A stretch of 64,000 bases of DNA from Myxococcota bacterium (GTDB lineage: Bacteria > Myxococcota_A > SURF-8): contig CAXXQS010000002.1 in the NCBI GenBank assembly GCA_963674735.2, forward strand, positions 1,920,001 to 1,984,000, read 5' to 3'. Numbering within the stretch: position 1 is the first letter of the stretch; every line of letters begins with the position of its first letter. Positions 51,156-60,200 of this stretch are shown here, piece by piece. The notes under the pieces were generated by a model. The model did not search any database. It saw only the letters and a program-made list of their open reading frames with translations, and was not told the origin of the DNA. The position numbers were made by a program, and so were the translations under genes.

Positions 51156-51494
51156 TTAGCAGCTGACCGTGTCGATGGCTTCGGACAAGCTTTCCGACAG
51201 TCCGAAACGCGGATCACCGCACATGAAGGCCAGGATATCGCGCACGTAGCGGTTTGCTCCCGCCAGCACCAAGTGCCCCTGCGAGCCGTGAAGACGGTGC
51301 TCGGTTTGAGTAAACAGGTCGGCGGCCCGATAGTGCAGGTGTTCGGTTTCGGACAGATCCACCACCACTTGCCGCAACCCGTGGTCGAGGCAGGTGTCGA
51401 GAGTAAGCCGTAGTTGGCGCAAATGTTCGCGCTCGATGGTTATTCCCGGATGAATGACGGCGGTTCCGTTCCGTTGTTCGGTGACGGAAAACAT
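51156..51494 (-). CDS. STAS-domain (anti-sigma antagonist-like) protein
   Basis: VVVDLSETEHL...G.LVLAG.N..VRDIL pattern; start MFSVTE at 51494 with AAGGGAG RBS. Confidence 0.7.
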   Translation of the reverse strand: MFSVTEQRNGTAVIHPGITIEREHLRQLRLTLDTCLDHGLRQVVVDLSETEHLHYRAADLFTQTEHRLHGSQGHLVLAGANRYVRDILAFMCGDPRFGLSESLSEAIDTVSC

Positions 51495-51534
51495 CGTTCC
51501 CAGCTCCCTTATTCCCGTTGAGTATCCCGATGCG

Positions 51535-52017
51535 TTACCCGGTGAAGTGGTCGTCGTTCTCCATGAGCACCTGGTACGCTTCGTTTCGAAGGTCGTCATC
51601 GCGGGCCTCAAAACGATCTTTGGCCCACAATTCCATCATATTCCCGCTTCCAATCCACAAAATATCTCCGGCCAGGCCGGCAAATTCTCGATAATACGGA
51701 GGGATGACAATGCGTCCCTGAGCGTCCAGTTTGCAGGCAATGGCCTGCGAAACATAGCCGCGTAAAAGCTTGCGTCGGCGCTGCGCGCCCGGCATGCGAT
51801 TGGCTTCTTCACAGAATCGATCCCAAGCGTGAGACGGCCAGATTTCCAGGTAACGGTCCTGGGGGTCGAGTCCCTTCACGAGCCAGACCGCTTCCTCACC
51901 GTTGTCCGGAATCAACAGCCGGAACGGCTTGGGAATGCCCACGCGATTCTTCGAATCGATCTGTTTGGCGTGGGTGCCGCGAAAGAGTGCGGCGGCTGTC
52001 TCTTGAAGAGTGTCCAT
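51535..52017 (-). CDS. mraZ: dcw transcriptional regulator MraZ
   Basis: FRG....IDSKNRV.IP..FR and LDAQGRIVIP repeats, ELW. Confidence 0.92.
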   Translation of the reverse strand: MDTLQETAAALFRGTHAKQIDSKNRVGIPKPFRLLIPDNGEEAVWLVKGLDPQDRYLEIWPSHAWDRFCEEANRMPGAQRRRKLLRGYVSQAIACKLDAQGRIVIPPYYREFAGLAGDILWIGSGNMMELWAKDRFEARDDDLRNEAYQVLMENDDHFTG

Positions 52018-52120
52018 CTCACCTATTGCGCCGGTTGGTACCCTATGCTAGAATAAATACTTAATACCGGTCGTCGGACGACCGGGTTTTGGATTCCAAA
52101 GGTGCCCGGTTTTTTTCCCA

Positions 52121-52155
52121 TAGGGAAATCTTGGGATTAATAGGGCCACATAGGG
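52121..52155. promoter_or_regulatory. Four 10-bp-phased T(A/T)GGG repeats, candidate MraZ operator
   Basis: TAGGG at 52121, TTGGG at 52131, TAGGG at 52141, TAGGG at 52151, just downstream of the mraZ promoter candidate. Confidence 0.6.
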
Positions 52156-52156
52156 A

Positions 52157-52185
52157 ATGATAGCAAAGTACCTATTATACGGCAA
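52157..52185 (-). promoter_or_regulatory. Candidate sigma70 promoter of the mraZ/dcw operon
   Basis: Minus strand TTGCCG-N17-TATCAT with extended -10 TGn. Confidence 0.55.
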
Positions 52186-52221
52186 CACCTTTTTAGGCGT
52201 GGTGGCCGCTTTTTTTGTCGA

Positions 52222-52269
52222 TATCAATATGTTGTGTTGGCTATCAATTGACTACACAACATCTAGTGG
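52222..52269. promoter_or_regulatory. Tandem NrdR-box-like palindromes
   Basis: TATCAATATGTTGTGT (52222-52237) and ACACAACATCTAGTGG (52254-52269), 32 bp apart; consensus acaCwAtATaTwGtgt. Confidence 0.6.
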
Positions 52270-52425
52270 GTGTTGACGAGAGAATGAGGTTGCAGATCGT
52301 GAAAAATTGAGAGAAGGCCGCTCTCAAATCATTAATAATATTAATATTTTGCCTAATGTCGGGCAGGTGGGGAAGCGGTTACGGTTCAGTCGCTGATGGC
52401 TTGATGGAGACAGGCAGTTGGATAT

Positions 52426-54576
52426 ATGGGACGCACACTAGCCGAATACAAGGCTGAAATTGCCGAGCGACGTGCGGAAATCCTGACTATTTTTCGCACC
52501 CATTACGGCAATCAGGATACCTCGCGCATCGAGAAGGCGATGGATTATGCGGAGCTTTTACACCGTGGGCAACTGCGGCGTTCGGGTGTTCCCTATATTT
52601 TCCATCCTTTGGCGGTTACCCGGCTGGTAGCTGAGGCGCAACTGGATGAGAATTGTCTGATTGCCGCGCTTTTACACGATACGATCGAAGATACCGTGGC
52701 TTCCAAGCAGGTGATTGCCGACAAATTCGGTCCCTACATCAGCGACATCGTCCATGCGCTGACCAAAATCCGCAGCTATTCCAGCGAGCGTGCCGAAGAA
52801 GACAAACGGCAAACCTATCAACGCATTCTCAAGGCGGCCAGCAAAGATGTGCGTCCGCTGCTGATTAAAATTTTCGACCGGCTCAACAACATGCGTGACA
52901 TGACGCACATGCCGGAAGGTCATCGTCAGCGTATTTCCCGTGAAACGCTCGATGTCTATGTTCCGCTTACCCGGCGACTTGGGATGCGCCGTGTCGAACG
53001 GGATCTTACCAGCTTGAGTTTGCGTTTTCTTTTCGCCGAGGCGTACGAGCGGATCGAACAGCGTATCGAGAAGGAAGTCAAGGAACGAGAAGACGAATTG
53101 TACGAGAGTGTCGATACGATCACGCGTTTGTGCCAGGAGCAGGGAATCGACGTGGAGATCGTGACCGCCTGGCCCACGGTCGCCGACTTCTACGATACCG
53201 AACTCGGCATGCAACCCCACGCCGATGTCGTCATTCACTACAACCTCATTATTAACAATATTCTTAATATTTACACTGCGTTGGGTGTTCTGCACTCCGC
53301 CTTTACCCCCGTGCCGAAGCAGGTGCGGGACATGATCGCCAGTCCGATGGCCAACGGTTATCGTGCACTCGAAACGAGGGCGGTTAATGGTGGTCGTATG
53401 TATCGATTATCAGTTATGACGGCGGAAATGTATGATGTCAACGATCATGGAATCATCCACAATTGGCGGGTCAATCAAAATCGGCTTAGTGGATACTATA
53501 CGGGATATATGAATTTATTGGGTGAGATACTAGAGGACGAAAACGTCCGCGTCGACGAGGTTCTACAGCAGTCGGATGTCGAGGGCGTCGCCGTGTTTTC
53601 CCCTCAAAAAGATTTATACATGCTGCCAAAAGGAGCCATTGCGCTCGACTTCGCTTATGCCGTTCATCGCGAAGTCGGTGCACACGCGAAAGCGGCCATC
53701 GTCAATGGCGTAGAACGATCGATCCTTCAACGTTTGCGCTCCGGCGACGTGATTCGGGTTGTCACGGATGAACAGGTGGTTCCCGACGAGAGCTGGTTGG
53801 AACACGTGGCCAGTTCCAAGGCGCGTTCGTCGATTAAAAACTGGCTTCGACGCCAGCTCGATCAGCGTGCGATGGAACTGGGTCGCGATATGTTTTCGGA
53901 AGAACTGGTCAAGTATGGCTTCGACCCGAAAATTGTTGTGGAGGGACATGATTTTTCACGGGTATTGAAAAACAGCGGACTCAAGCTGAATGAGTTGTAC
54001 CGCCGTGTCGGCTATCGGCAGATTCTGGCGGCGGACTTCATTGCCGAACACGATATCGTACCTAAAAAACGGATTGCGAGCCAGACCAACGCCGAACGTG
54101 CGTCGATCAAGGAAAAAATCTTTTCCAGCCTGCGAAGTGTCAAAGGACCGACTCTGAAGTTTTCCAAAAACGATGTTTTCATCAAATACGCTCACTGTTG
54201 TACGCCTATCTTCGGCGATAAAGTCGTCGGCGTGGTCAGTGCCGGCAAAGGAGTGACGGTCCACCGCTATAGTTGTCCCAATCTGAAAAACCTGGATAAA
54301 GGCCGCTTGGTGGAAGTGGAATGGGATAGTGCCGAGGAAAATCTTACTTCCGCATTGCTGAACCTGCATATCAAGGATAAACGCGGGGTCATGGCCAAAA
54401 TCCTGCTTGCAGTCAACAAATATGGGATCAATTTATCTGAATTCAATGCGTATACCGTTGGGCACGAGGCATTTATGAAGTTACGACTCGATGTTTCAAA
54501 CCAGCGTGAGCTTCTGCGCGTTGTCAACGAGATCCGAAAAATTGAGGCCGTGGATGCGATCACCCGTGAGGAGTGA
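52426..54576 (+). CDS. spoT: Long RelA/SpoT homologue: HD, pseudo-synthetase, TGS, ZFD, ACT
   Basis: HRGQLRRSGVPYIFHP, LLHDTIED; TGS DFAYAVH; CC.P..GD...H...C; C-terminal ACT. Synthetase motifs degenerate. Confidence 0.85.
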   Translation: MGRTLAEYKAEIAERRAEILTIFRTHYGNQDTSRIEKAMDYAELLHRGQLRRSGVPYIFHPLAVTRLVAEAQLDENCLIAALLHDTIEDTVASKQVIADKFGPYISDIVHALTKIRSYSSERAEEDKRQTYQRILKAASKDVRPLLIKIFDRLNNMRDMTHMPEGHRQRISRETLDVYVPLTRRLGMRRVERDLTSLSLRFLFAEAYERIEQRIEKEVKEREDELYESVDTITRLCQEQGIDVEIVTAWPTVADFYDTELGMQPHADVVIHYNLIINNILNIYTALGVLHSAFTPVPKQVRDMIASPMANGYRALETRAVNGGRMYRLSVMTAEMYDVNDHGIIHNWRVNQNRLSGYYTGYMNLLGEILEDENVRVDEVLQQSDVEGVAVFSPQKDLYMLPKGAIALDFAYAVHREVGAHAKAAIVNGVERSILQRLRSGDVIRVVTDEQVVPDESWLEHVASSKARSSIKNWLRRQLDQRAMELGRDMFSEELVKYGFDPKIVVEGHDFSRVLKNSGLKLNELYRRVGYRQILAADFIAEHDIVPKKRIASQTNAERASIKEKIFSSLRSVKGPTLKFSKNDVFIKYAHCCTPIFGDKVVGVVSAGKGVTVHRYSCPNLKNLDKGRLVEVEWDSAEENLTSALLNLHIKDKRGVMAKILLAVNKYGINLSEFNAYTVGHEAFMKLRLDVSNQRELLRVVNEIRKIEAVDAITREE

Positions 54577-54698
54577 ACGTCTCTAAGCGATAGAGTGCCG
54601 TTATCGGGGAATGCAAGACCTTGTATTGTTGTGCCGGGTCTGGTAGAAATGGCCAAACACTCGGATTCTATGGGCTCGACGTGTCGGGAGGAATCAAT

Positions 54699-55856
54699 AT
54701 GCGGGAAGTGGTTATTGTTTCGGCTGTGCGTTCCGCCATCTGTCGTGCCGATAAAGGCTCTTTGGCGCGGTTGCGACCGGATGAATTGATGGCGGCTGTC
54801 ATCAAAGAGGCGTTAGCGAAAACGGGCCATGTGAACCGGCATGAGATTGGCGACGTTTTAGTCGGCTGCGCGACGCAAGAAGGCGAGCAGGGACTGAATC
54901 TGGCTCGCAATGCCGCAATCATGGCGGAGATTCCGGTCACCGTACCGGCCGCGACCATCAGCCGCTACTGTTCTTCTTCGCTCACCGCTCTTGTAACGGG
55001 TGCTTCCCTGATTCAATCAGGTCATACGGACCTGATGGTGGTGGGTGGGGTGGAATCCATGAGCCGTGTTCCCTTGGGGGGGTACAATCCCAGTCCCCCG
55101 CCACGTCTGATGGAATCCCATCCGGAGGCGTTTACTCCAGCCGGAGTTGCGGCCGAGAATCTGGCCGTAAAATTCAATATTTCGCGTGAAGAACAAGATG
55201 CTTACGCCACAGAGTCGCATCGTCGGGCAATTGAAGCCTGGACAAATGGTCATTTTGCCAACGAAGTCATCTCGGTAAAATGCCTGGATGAAAAACGGCA
55301 AGAAACGGCCGTGACGCGTGACGACATTCCATGTGAAATTGATCCGGAAGCCTTGGCGAAGCTTTCTCCCGTCTTCCTGGCCGGAGGGTCCGTGACGGCC
55401 GGTAACAGCGCTCCGCGTAGTGATGGAGCGGCGGCGCTTGTTTTGATGTCGGCTTCCAAGGCTGCGGATCTGGGGCTGAAACCCCTTGCAACCTTGCGCA
55501 CTTGGGCCCGAGTGGGGTGCCCGGCCGAGATTATGTCTTATGGGGCCGTTACGGCAGCCAATCAGGTGCTGGAAAACGCGAAACTGGATGCTGCCCAGTT
55601 GGAGCATATTGAGTTGTCCGAACAATTCGCCGTGTCGGCCATTGCCGGGCTGCGCGAATTGAAACTGCCCTACGCCGAGCGGGTGAATCCTTATGGCGGG
55701 GCGATTGCTCTCGGTCACCCGATCGGTGCCGCCGGTGCCCGCATGGCCTGCACGTTGGTGAATGGTTTATTCCATCGTGGCGGTGGGTACGGACTGCTGA
55801 CCATCGGGGTCCTGGGCGGTCAGGGTGAAGCGCTGATTGTCGAATCAAGACCCTGA
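54699..55856 (+). CDS. Thiolase-family protein lacking the C-terminal catalytic Cys
   Basis: SRYCSS, GGVESMS, TAGNS..SDGAAA, GGAIALGHPIGA; start MREVV at 54699 with GGAGG. Confidence 0.88.
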   Translation: MREVVIVSAVRSAICRADKGSLARLRPDELMAAVIKEALAKTGHVNRHEIGDVLVGCATQEGEQGLNLARNAAIMAEIPVTVPAATISRYCSSSLTALVTGASLIQSGHTDLMVVGGVESMSRVPLGGYNPSPPPRLMESHPEAFTPAGVAAENLAVKFNISREEQDAYATESHRRAIEAWTNGHFANEVISVKCLDEKRQETAVTRDDIPCEIDPEALAKLSPVFLAGGSVTAGNSAPRSDGAAALVLMSASKAADLGLKPLATLRTWARVGCPAEIMSYGAVTAANQVLENAKLDAAQLEHIELSEQFAVSAIAGLRELKLPYAERVNPYGGAIALGHPIGAAGARMACTLVNGLFHRGGGYGLLTIGVLGGQGEALIVESRP

Positions 55857-55875
55857 AGGGTTTTCGGAGGCGAAC

Positions 55876-58278
55876 ATGGGTGAGGAATTCCAGCGGTGCG
55901 TGGTGATCGGAGCGGGCTGGATGGGCGCGAGTATCGCGGCCCTGGTAGCCAGTGCCGGAGTTCCGACGGATTTGCTCGACCGATTGCCGCCGGTGGAACC
56001 CGGCGATGACGAAGTGCAAAACGGCTTCAGCCGGTTTTCCGATGCCTGGCGCAACAGCCTCGCTATCGGAGCCTCGGAGAGAGCTCGTTCACGCGGAGCT
56101 TTTCTTGCTCCCGAAGCGGTGACGCGGGTGCGTACCGGGAACATCGCCGACCACCTGGAGTGGATACGGCAGGCCGATTGGGTGATCGAAGCCGTCCCCG
56201 AGGTGCTGGATGTCAAACGGGCCACCTACGAACGGATACTCCCGCACCTCCGGCCGGAAACGGTTGTCAGTTCAAATACTTCCGGTATTTTGGCTTCGCG
56301 TTTAGCCGAGGGACTTCCCGATGATTTCGCCAAGCGTTTCATGGTGGGACACTTCTTCAATCCGGTGCGCTATATGCGCCTACTTGAAATTGTTGCAAAT
56401 CCGCGCACCGAACGCCAGGCGGTGGAACGACTCAAAGATTTTGCCAGTAAACGGCTTGGAAAAGGGGTGATCGAATCCCGCGACAAGCCGAATTTCGTAG
56501 CCAATCGCATCGGACTTTTTTCGTTGTTGACGGCCATGCACCACGCCCATGAGATGGGGATCGGTGTGCGTGAAGCCGACCGCCTGACCGGTCATGCCTT
56601 GGGACGCGCCAGCTCGGCGACCTTTCGCACGGCCGATCTGATTGGCCTGGATGCGCTGTTGCTGGTTCTAGACAACTTACACGGTATGTTGGCGGGCGAT
56701 CCCTGGCGCGAGCGTTTTAACGCCCCGGCTTTTTTCCGTATTTTGGTTGAACGGGGAAACTGGGGCCAAAAAAGCGGTTCGGGTTTTTATCACTATTTCG
56801 AAGAGAGTCAACGCCCCGGAGATGAGACCTTCAACCTCGATAGTCTGACCTACAAACGCAACGAGACGCGCCGTTTCGCCACGCTGGATCGAGCGTTCGA
56901 ACAACCCAATCCAGGCGAGCGTATCCGAGCCTTGATTTCCGGTGACGACGAGGGCGCCCGATTTGCTTGGGCCGTGTTGCGCGATACTTTGGTGTATGCG
57001 GCGGCGTGTTTGGGGGAGATTACCGATCATCCCATCGCCATCGACCGCGCCATGCGTTGGGGCTACAATTGGGATCTCGGTCCCTTCGAGATCTGGAACT
57101 ATTTGGGATTGCAGGACGTTGCCGAACGTATCGAACGCGATGGGGTGGCCTTGCCTGAAACGGCCAAGCGTCTTCTGGATAGCGAGCAGTCCGGCTGGTA
57201 TTTCGAAGAGCGCGGCCGTCGTTTCGAATGGGATCCGAAAAGCGCCGAGCTCAAACTCATTCCACGCCCTTGTTCCGTGAGTTTGAATACCATGCGGCGC
57301 GAGCATGATGTCCTGCTGACGCAGGGCAATGCGGTTTTAGCCGATTTGGGTGACGGCGTCGCCTGTCTGAGTTTGGCTTCGCGTTATGATGAAGCGCCGA
57401 TCATCGATACACAATTGGTGGGGTTGATTCGTCGAATCCAGGATGAGTGCAACACCCGCAAATTCAAAGGGCTGGTCATTCTATGCGAGGCGGCCGATTT
57501 TCTGCTCGATCTGGATTTCGAAACCCTGCTGGTCCGCATGGCCGATCATGATTGGGATGCGATCGAACAGGAAGTGATCGATCGCCAGCAAGCAAGCCTG
57601 ATGTTGAAACGCATCGGGTTTCCCGTTGTGGGCGCCATCAGCGGCCGCGCCATCGGGGCCGGATGTGAAATCGCCTGCCATATCGGACGTCTGCAAGTTC
57701 ACGCGGAGGCCCAATTCGCCATCGGTAATCTGGCGATGGGACTCATTCCGTCTGGCGGCGGCACCAAGGAACTGTTGTATCGGCTGATGGACCGGGTACG
57801 TATGGACGGTCCCCACCCGCTTGCACGCGCTGCCTTCCAAACCGTTTTTCCCGGCAAGGTGATCAAAGGCGCTTTCGAAGCCCGCAGTAGCGGATTTCTG
57901 CGTCGCGGCGACCGTCTGACGATGGGAATCGACCGCTTGTTGCCGGATGCAAAAGCCATGGTGCTCGACTTGATCGAGAACGGGAACAGTCTGCCCTTGT
58001 CCGCTCCCTTCCACCTGCCCGGTCCCGGTGGAGTGGCGGCTTTACGACTGGAGTTGCAGCATATGCAGCGACAGGGGTTGTTGAGTCCGCACGATGTGAC
58101 GGTCGGGGAGAAGCTGGCGGAAGTGTTATGTGGGGGGGAAACCTCGCCGTTTGAAGAGGTCAGCGAGGCGCAGCTGCTCGACCTGGAGCGCAAGGCCTTT
58201 GTCGATCTGTGCAAAATGGAAAAGACCCAGCAGCGGATCGAGCATTGGGTGAAAACTCGCCGCGTTCTACGCAACTAA
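55876..58278 (+). CDS. FadN-like 3-hydroxyacyl-CoA dehydrogenase / enoyl-CoA hydratase fusion
   Basis: GAGWMG, EAVPE, SSNTSG, HFFNPVRYMRLLE, GQKSGSGFY; C-terminal crotonase-like domain (GAGCE, GLIPSGGG). Confidence 0.88.
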   Translation: MGEEFQRCVVIGAGWMGASIAALVASAGVPTDLLDRLPPVEPGDDEVQNGFSRFSDAWRNSLAIGASERARSRGAFLAPEAVTRVRTGNIADHLEWIRQADWVIEAVPEVLDVKRATYERILPHLRPETVVSSNTSGILASRLAEGLPDDFAKRFMVGHFFNPVRYMRLLEIVANPRTERQAVERLKDFASKRLGKGVIESRDKPNFVANRIGLFSLLTAMHHAHEMGIGVREADRLTGHALGRASSATFRTADLIGLDALLLVLDNLHGMLAGDPWRERFNAPAFFRILVERGNWGQKSGSGFYHYFEESQRPGDETFNLDSLTYKRNETRRFATLDRAFEQPNPGERIRALISGDDEGARFAWAVLRDTLVYAAACLGEITDHPIAIDRAMRWGYNWDLGPFEIWNYLGLQDVAERIERDGVALPETAKRLLDSEQSGWYFEERGRRFEWDPKSAELKLIPRPCSVSLNTMRREHDVLLTQGNAVLADLGDGVACLSLASRYDEAPIIDTQLVGLIRRIQDECNTRKFKGLVILCEAADFLLDLDFETLLVRMADHDWDAIEQEVIDRQQASLMLKRIGFPVVGAISGRAIGAGCEIACHIGRLQVHAEAQFAIGNLAMGLIPSGGGTKELLYRLMDRVRMDGPHPLARAAFQTVFPGKVIKGAFEARSSGFLRRGDRLTMGIDRLLPDAKAMVLDLIENGNSLPLSAPFHLPGPGGVAALRLELQHMQRQGLLSPHDVTVGEKLAEVLCGGETSPFEEVSEAQLLDLERKAFVDLCKMEKTQQRIEHWVKTRRVLRN

Positions 58279-58322
58279 GGGTTGTGGCGTTGCCGGGCAT
58301 GTACCGGGAAGTGCAGTCCTGT

Positions 58323-58877
58323 TCATGTCTCTCGAACCTTGGTTTTCTTGAACTTCATGCCCGTACATTTGGCTTTTCGGATCGCTTTGACAATGGGCTC
58401 GGCCAAAAACGTCGTACCGCAGCCGCGCGGTCGAATCACTCGACGATCACCCAGTTTCGACCGTTGCAACACTGGAGCGACAACGGATGATTTGCTGATC
58501 TTTCCATCCATGCCATAGCCGTAATCCGTCCATTCCTCGTCCAGCACGTCCGGTCGGTCGGGGATGTGCAGGGCGTAGTAGGTGTGAAGGATGCCGTCTT
58601 GGTCTACAACGATGTTTTCCAGCCATTCGTAGGCATCGCTCGGCGAGGCATTCTGATCGATGATGGATCTAAGAAGTGGCGAACATAATTCCCAGCCTAA
58701 ATCATTGACAAGATAGTCGGTAAGGATTCCATCACGTAGCTCGAAGATTACCGGTTTCCATTTGTCGTAATGCTTCCCTTCCTGTCTCAGTGTCGGATAA
58801 AGGCCCTGAGGTGTATATCCAACACCGAAGGACATGTCGGAACTGCGAAAAAGATTGTAGAATATTTTCTGAGCCAT
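58323..58877 (-). CDS. Imm11 (DUF1629)-like immunity protein, cassette 7
   Basis: DYLVNDLGWELCS, YYALH...DVLD, KAIRKAKCTGMKF; start MAQ with AGGAG RBS. Confidence 0.75.
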   Translation of the reverse strand: MAQKIFYNLFRSSDMSFGVGYTPQGLYPTLRQEGKHYDKWKPVIFELRDGILTDYLVNDLGWELCSPLLRSIIDQNASPSDAYEWLENIVVDQDGILHTYYALHIPDRPDVLDEEWTDYGYGMDGKISKSSVVAPVLQRSKLGDRRVIRPRGCGTTFLAEPIVKAIRKAKCTGMKFKKTKVRET

Positions 58878-58954
58878 GTTATCTCCTAAGCTTTGCAACG
58901 ATTTATTCATACCACTCGGATCGTATCATGCCCGGTTCAGCTGTAATATGGGAG

Positions 58955-59521
58955 TTACACTACACGCTCTATTTTGAATTTCATGCCCGTGCATTTGGCT
59001 TTCTTGATGGCTTTCACAATTGGTTCTGCAAGAAAAATTCCCGGAGAATGCCGAGCACGAACAACTCGGTAACCATCGATTTTATTTCGACTGAATATAG
59101 GCCAGATAACTCTTCGCTTATCAAATGTGCCATCTTGATTATGGCCATAACTGCCAGCAGCTCCCATTGCATCCTCATCCAACACGTCCGGTCGGTCGGG
59201 GATGTGTAGGGCGTAGTAGGTGTGACGGACGCCGTGTGGATCAATAACGATGTTTTCCAGCCATTCGTAGTTGTCTTTGGGCGAGGCGTGCTGATCGATG
59301 ATGGATTTCAGTCGCTCCGAACACAAGACCCAGCCTAAGTCGTTGACAAGGTAATCGGTAAGGATTCCATCACGTAGCTCGAAGGTTACTGGAACCCAAT
59401 TATCGAAAGACGTTTCTTCCCAACGTAGAGTCGGATAGAGACCATTTGGTGTATAACCGACTCCGAAGGCAAAATTGCCGGAGCGAAACAATGAGTAATA
59501 TTTCATCGGCGATTTATTCAT
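58955..59521 (-). CDS. Imm11-like immunity protein, cassette 6 (divergent C-terminal half)
   Basis: Paralogue of the others; start MNKSP with GGGAG RBS. Confidence 0.75.
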   Translation of the reverse strand: MNKSPMKYYSLFRSGNFAFGVGYTPNGLYPTLRWEETSFDNWVPVTFELRDGILTDYLVNDLGWVLCSERLKSIIDQHASPKDNYEWLENIVIDPHGVRHTYYALHIPDRPDVLDEDAMGAAGSYGHNQDGTFDKRRVIWPIFSRNKIDGYRVVRARHSPGIFLAEPIVKAIKKAKCTGMKFKIERVV

Positions 59522-59576
59522 AGCAAGATCTCCCGTCAATACCATTCACTGCGAACCATACCCGGTTCAGTGCTGT

Positions 59577-60131
59577 TCATGTCTCTCGAACCTTGGTTTT
59601 TTTGAACTTCATGCCCGTACACTTGGCCTTTCGGATAGCTTTGACCACTGACTCGTTTAAAAACACGATGCTGGAATCACGTGGCCGAAAAATCCCATGA
59701 TCGTTGAGCTTCGACCGTTGGAGAATCGGAGCGATAATGCAGGACTTGTCGATGGTTCCATCCGCATTGCGACCGTAATCCGTCCATTCCTCGTCTAGCA
59801 CATCCGGTGGATCGGGGATGTACAAGGCGTAGTAAGAGTGGTGAATACCGTCTTGGTCCACGACGATATTTTCCAGCCATTCGTAGGCATCGTTCGGCGA
59901 GGCATGTTGATCGATAATGGATCTAAGAAGCTGGGAGCACAATTCCCAGCCTAAGTCATTTGCAAGATAGTCGGTAAGAATTCCGCCGCGTAGCTCGAAG
60001 GTTACCGGTTTCCATTTATCGTAATGCTTCCCTTCTTGTTCCAGTGTCGGATAAAGGCCTTGAGGTGTATAACCAACGCCGAAGGACATGTCGGAACTGC
60101 GAAACAGTTTATAGAAAAGTTGTTGAGCCAT
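59577..60131 (-). CDS. Imm11-like immunity protein, cassette 5
   Basis: Paralogue; start MAQQ with AGGAG RBS. Confidence 0.75.
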   Translation of the reverse strand: MAQQLFYKLFRSSDMSFGVGYTPQGLYPTLEQEGKHYDKWKPVTFELRGGILTDYLANDLGWELCSQLLRSIIDQHASPNDAYEWLENIVVDQDGIHHSYYALYIPDPPDVLDEEWTDYGRNADGTIDKSCIIAPILQRSKLNDHGIFRPRDSSIVFLNESVVKAIRKAKCTGMKFKKTKVRET

Positions 60132-60200
60132 GTCATCTCCTAAGCTTTGCAACGATTTATTCATACCACTCGGATCGTACCATACCCGGTTCGATGCTGT

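Noticed and set aside
58292-58309. CCGGGCATG on the plus strand as an inverted copy of the junction repeat
   Set aside because: Only a 9-bp match, within a small hairpin between convergent genes; chance or a terminator is equally plausible.
58878-58910. MNKSLQSLGD N-terminal extensions of cassettes 1, 5 and 7 in the ORF track
   Set aside because: AGGAG lies just before the downstream MAQ start, which gives 184 aa like cassettes 3/4; the upstream ATG sits within the toxin-tail TATGAATAA. A coupled start there cannot be fully excluded.
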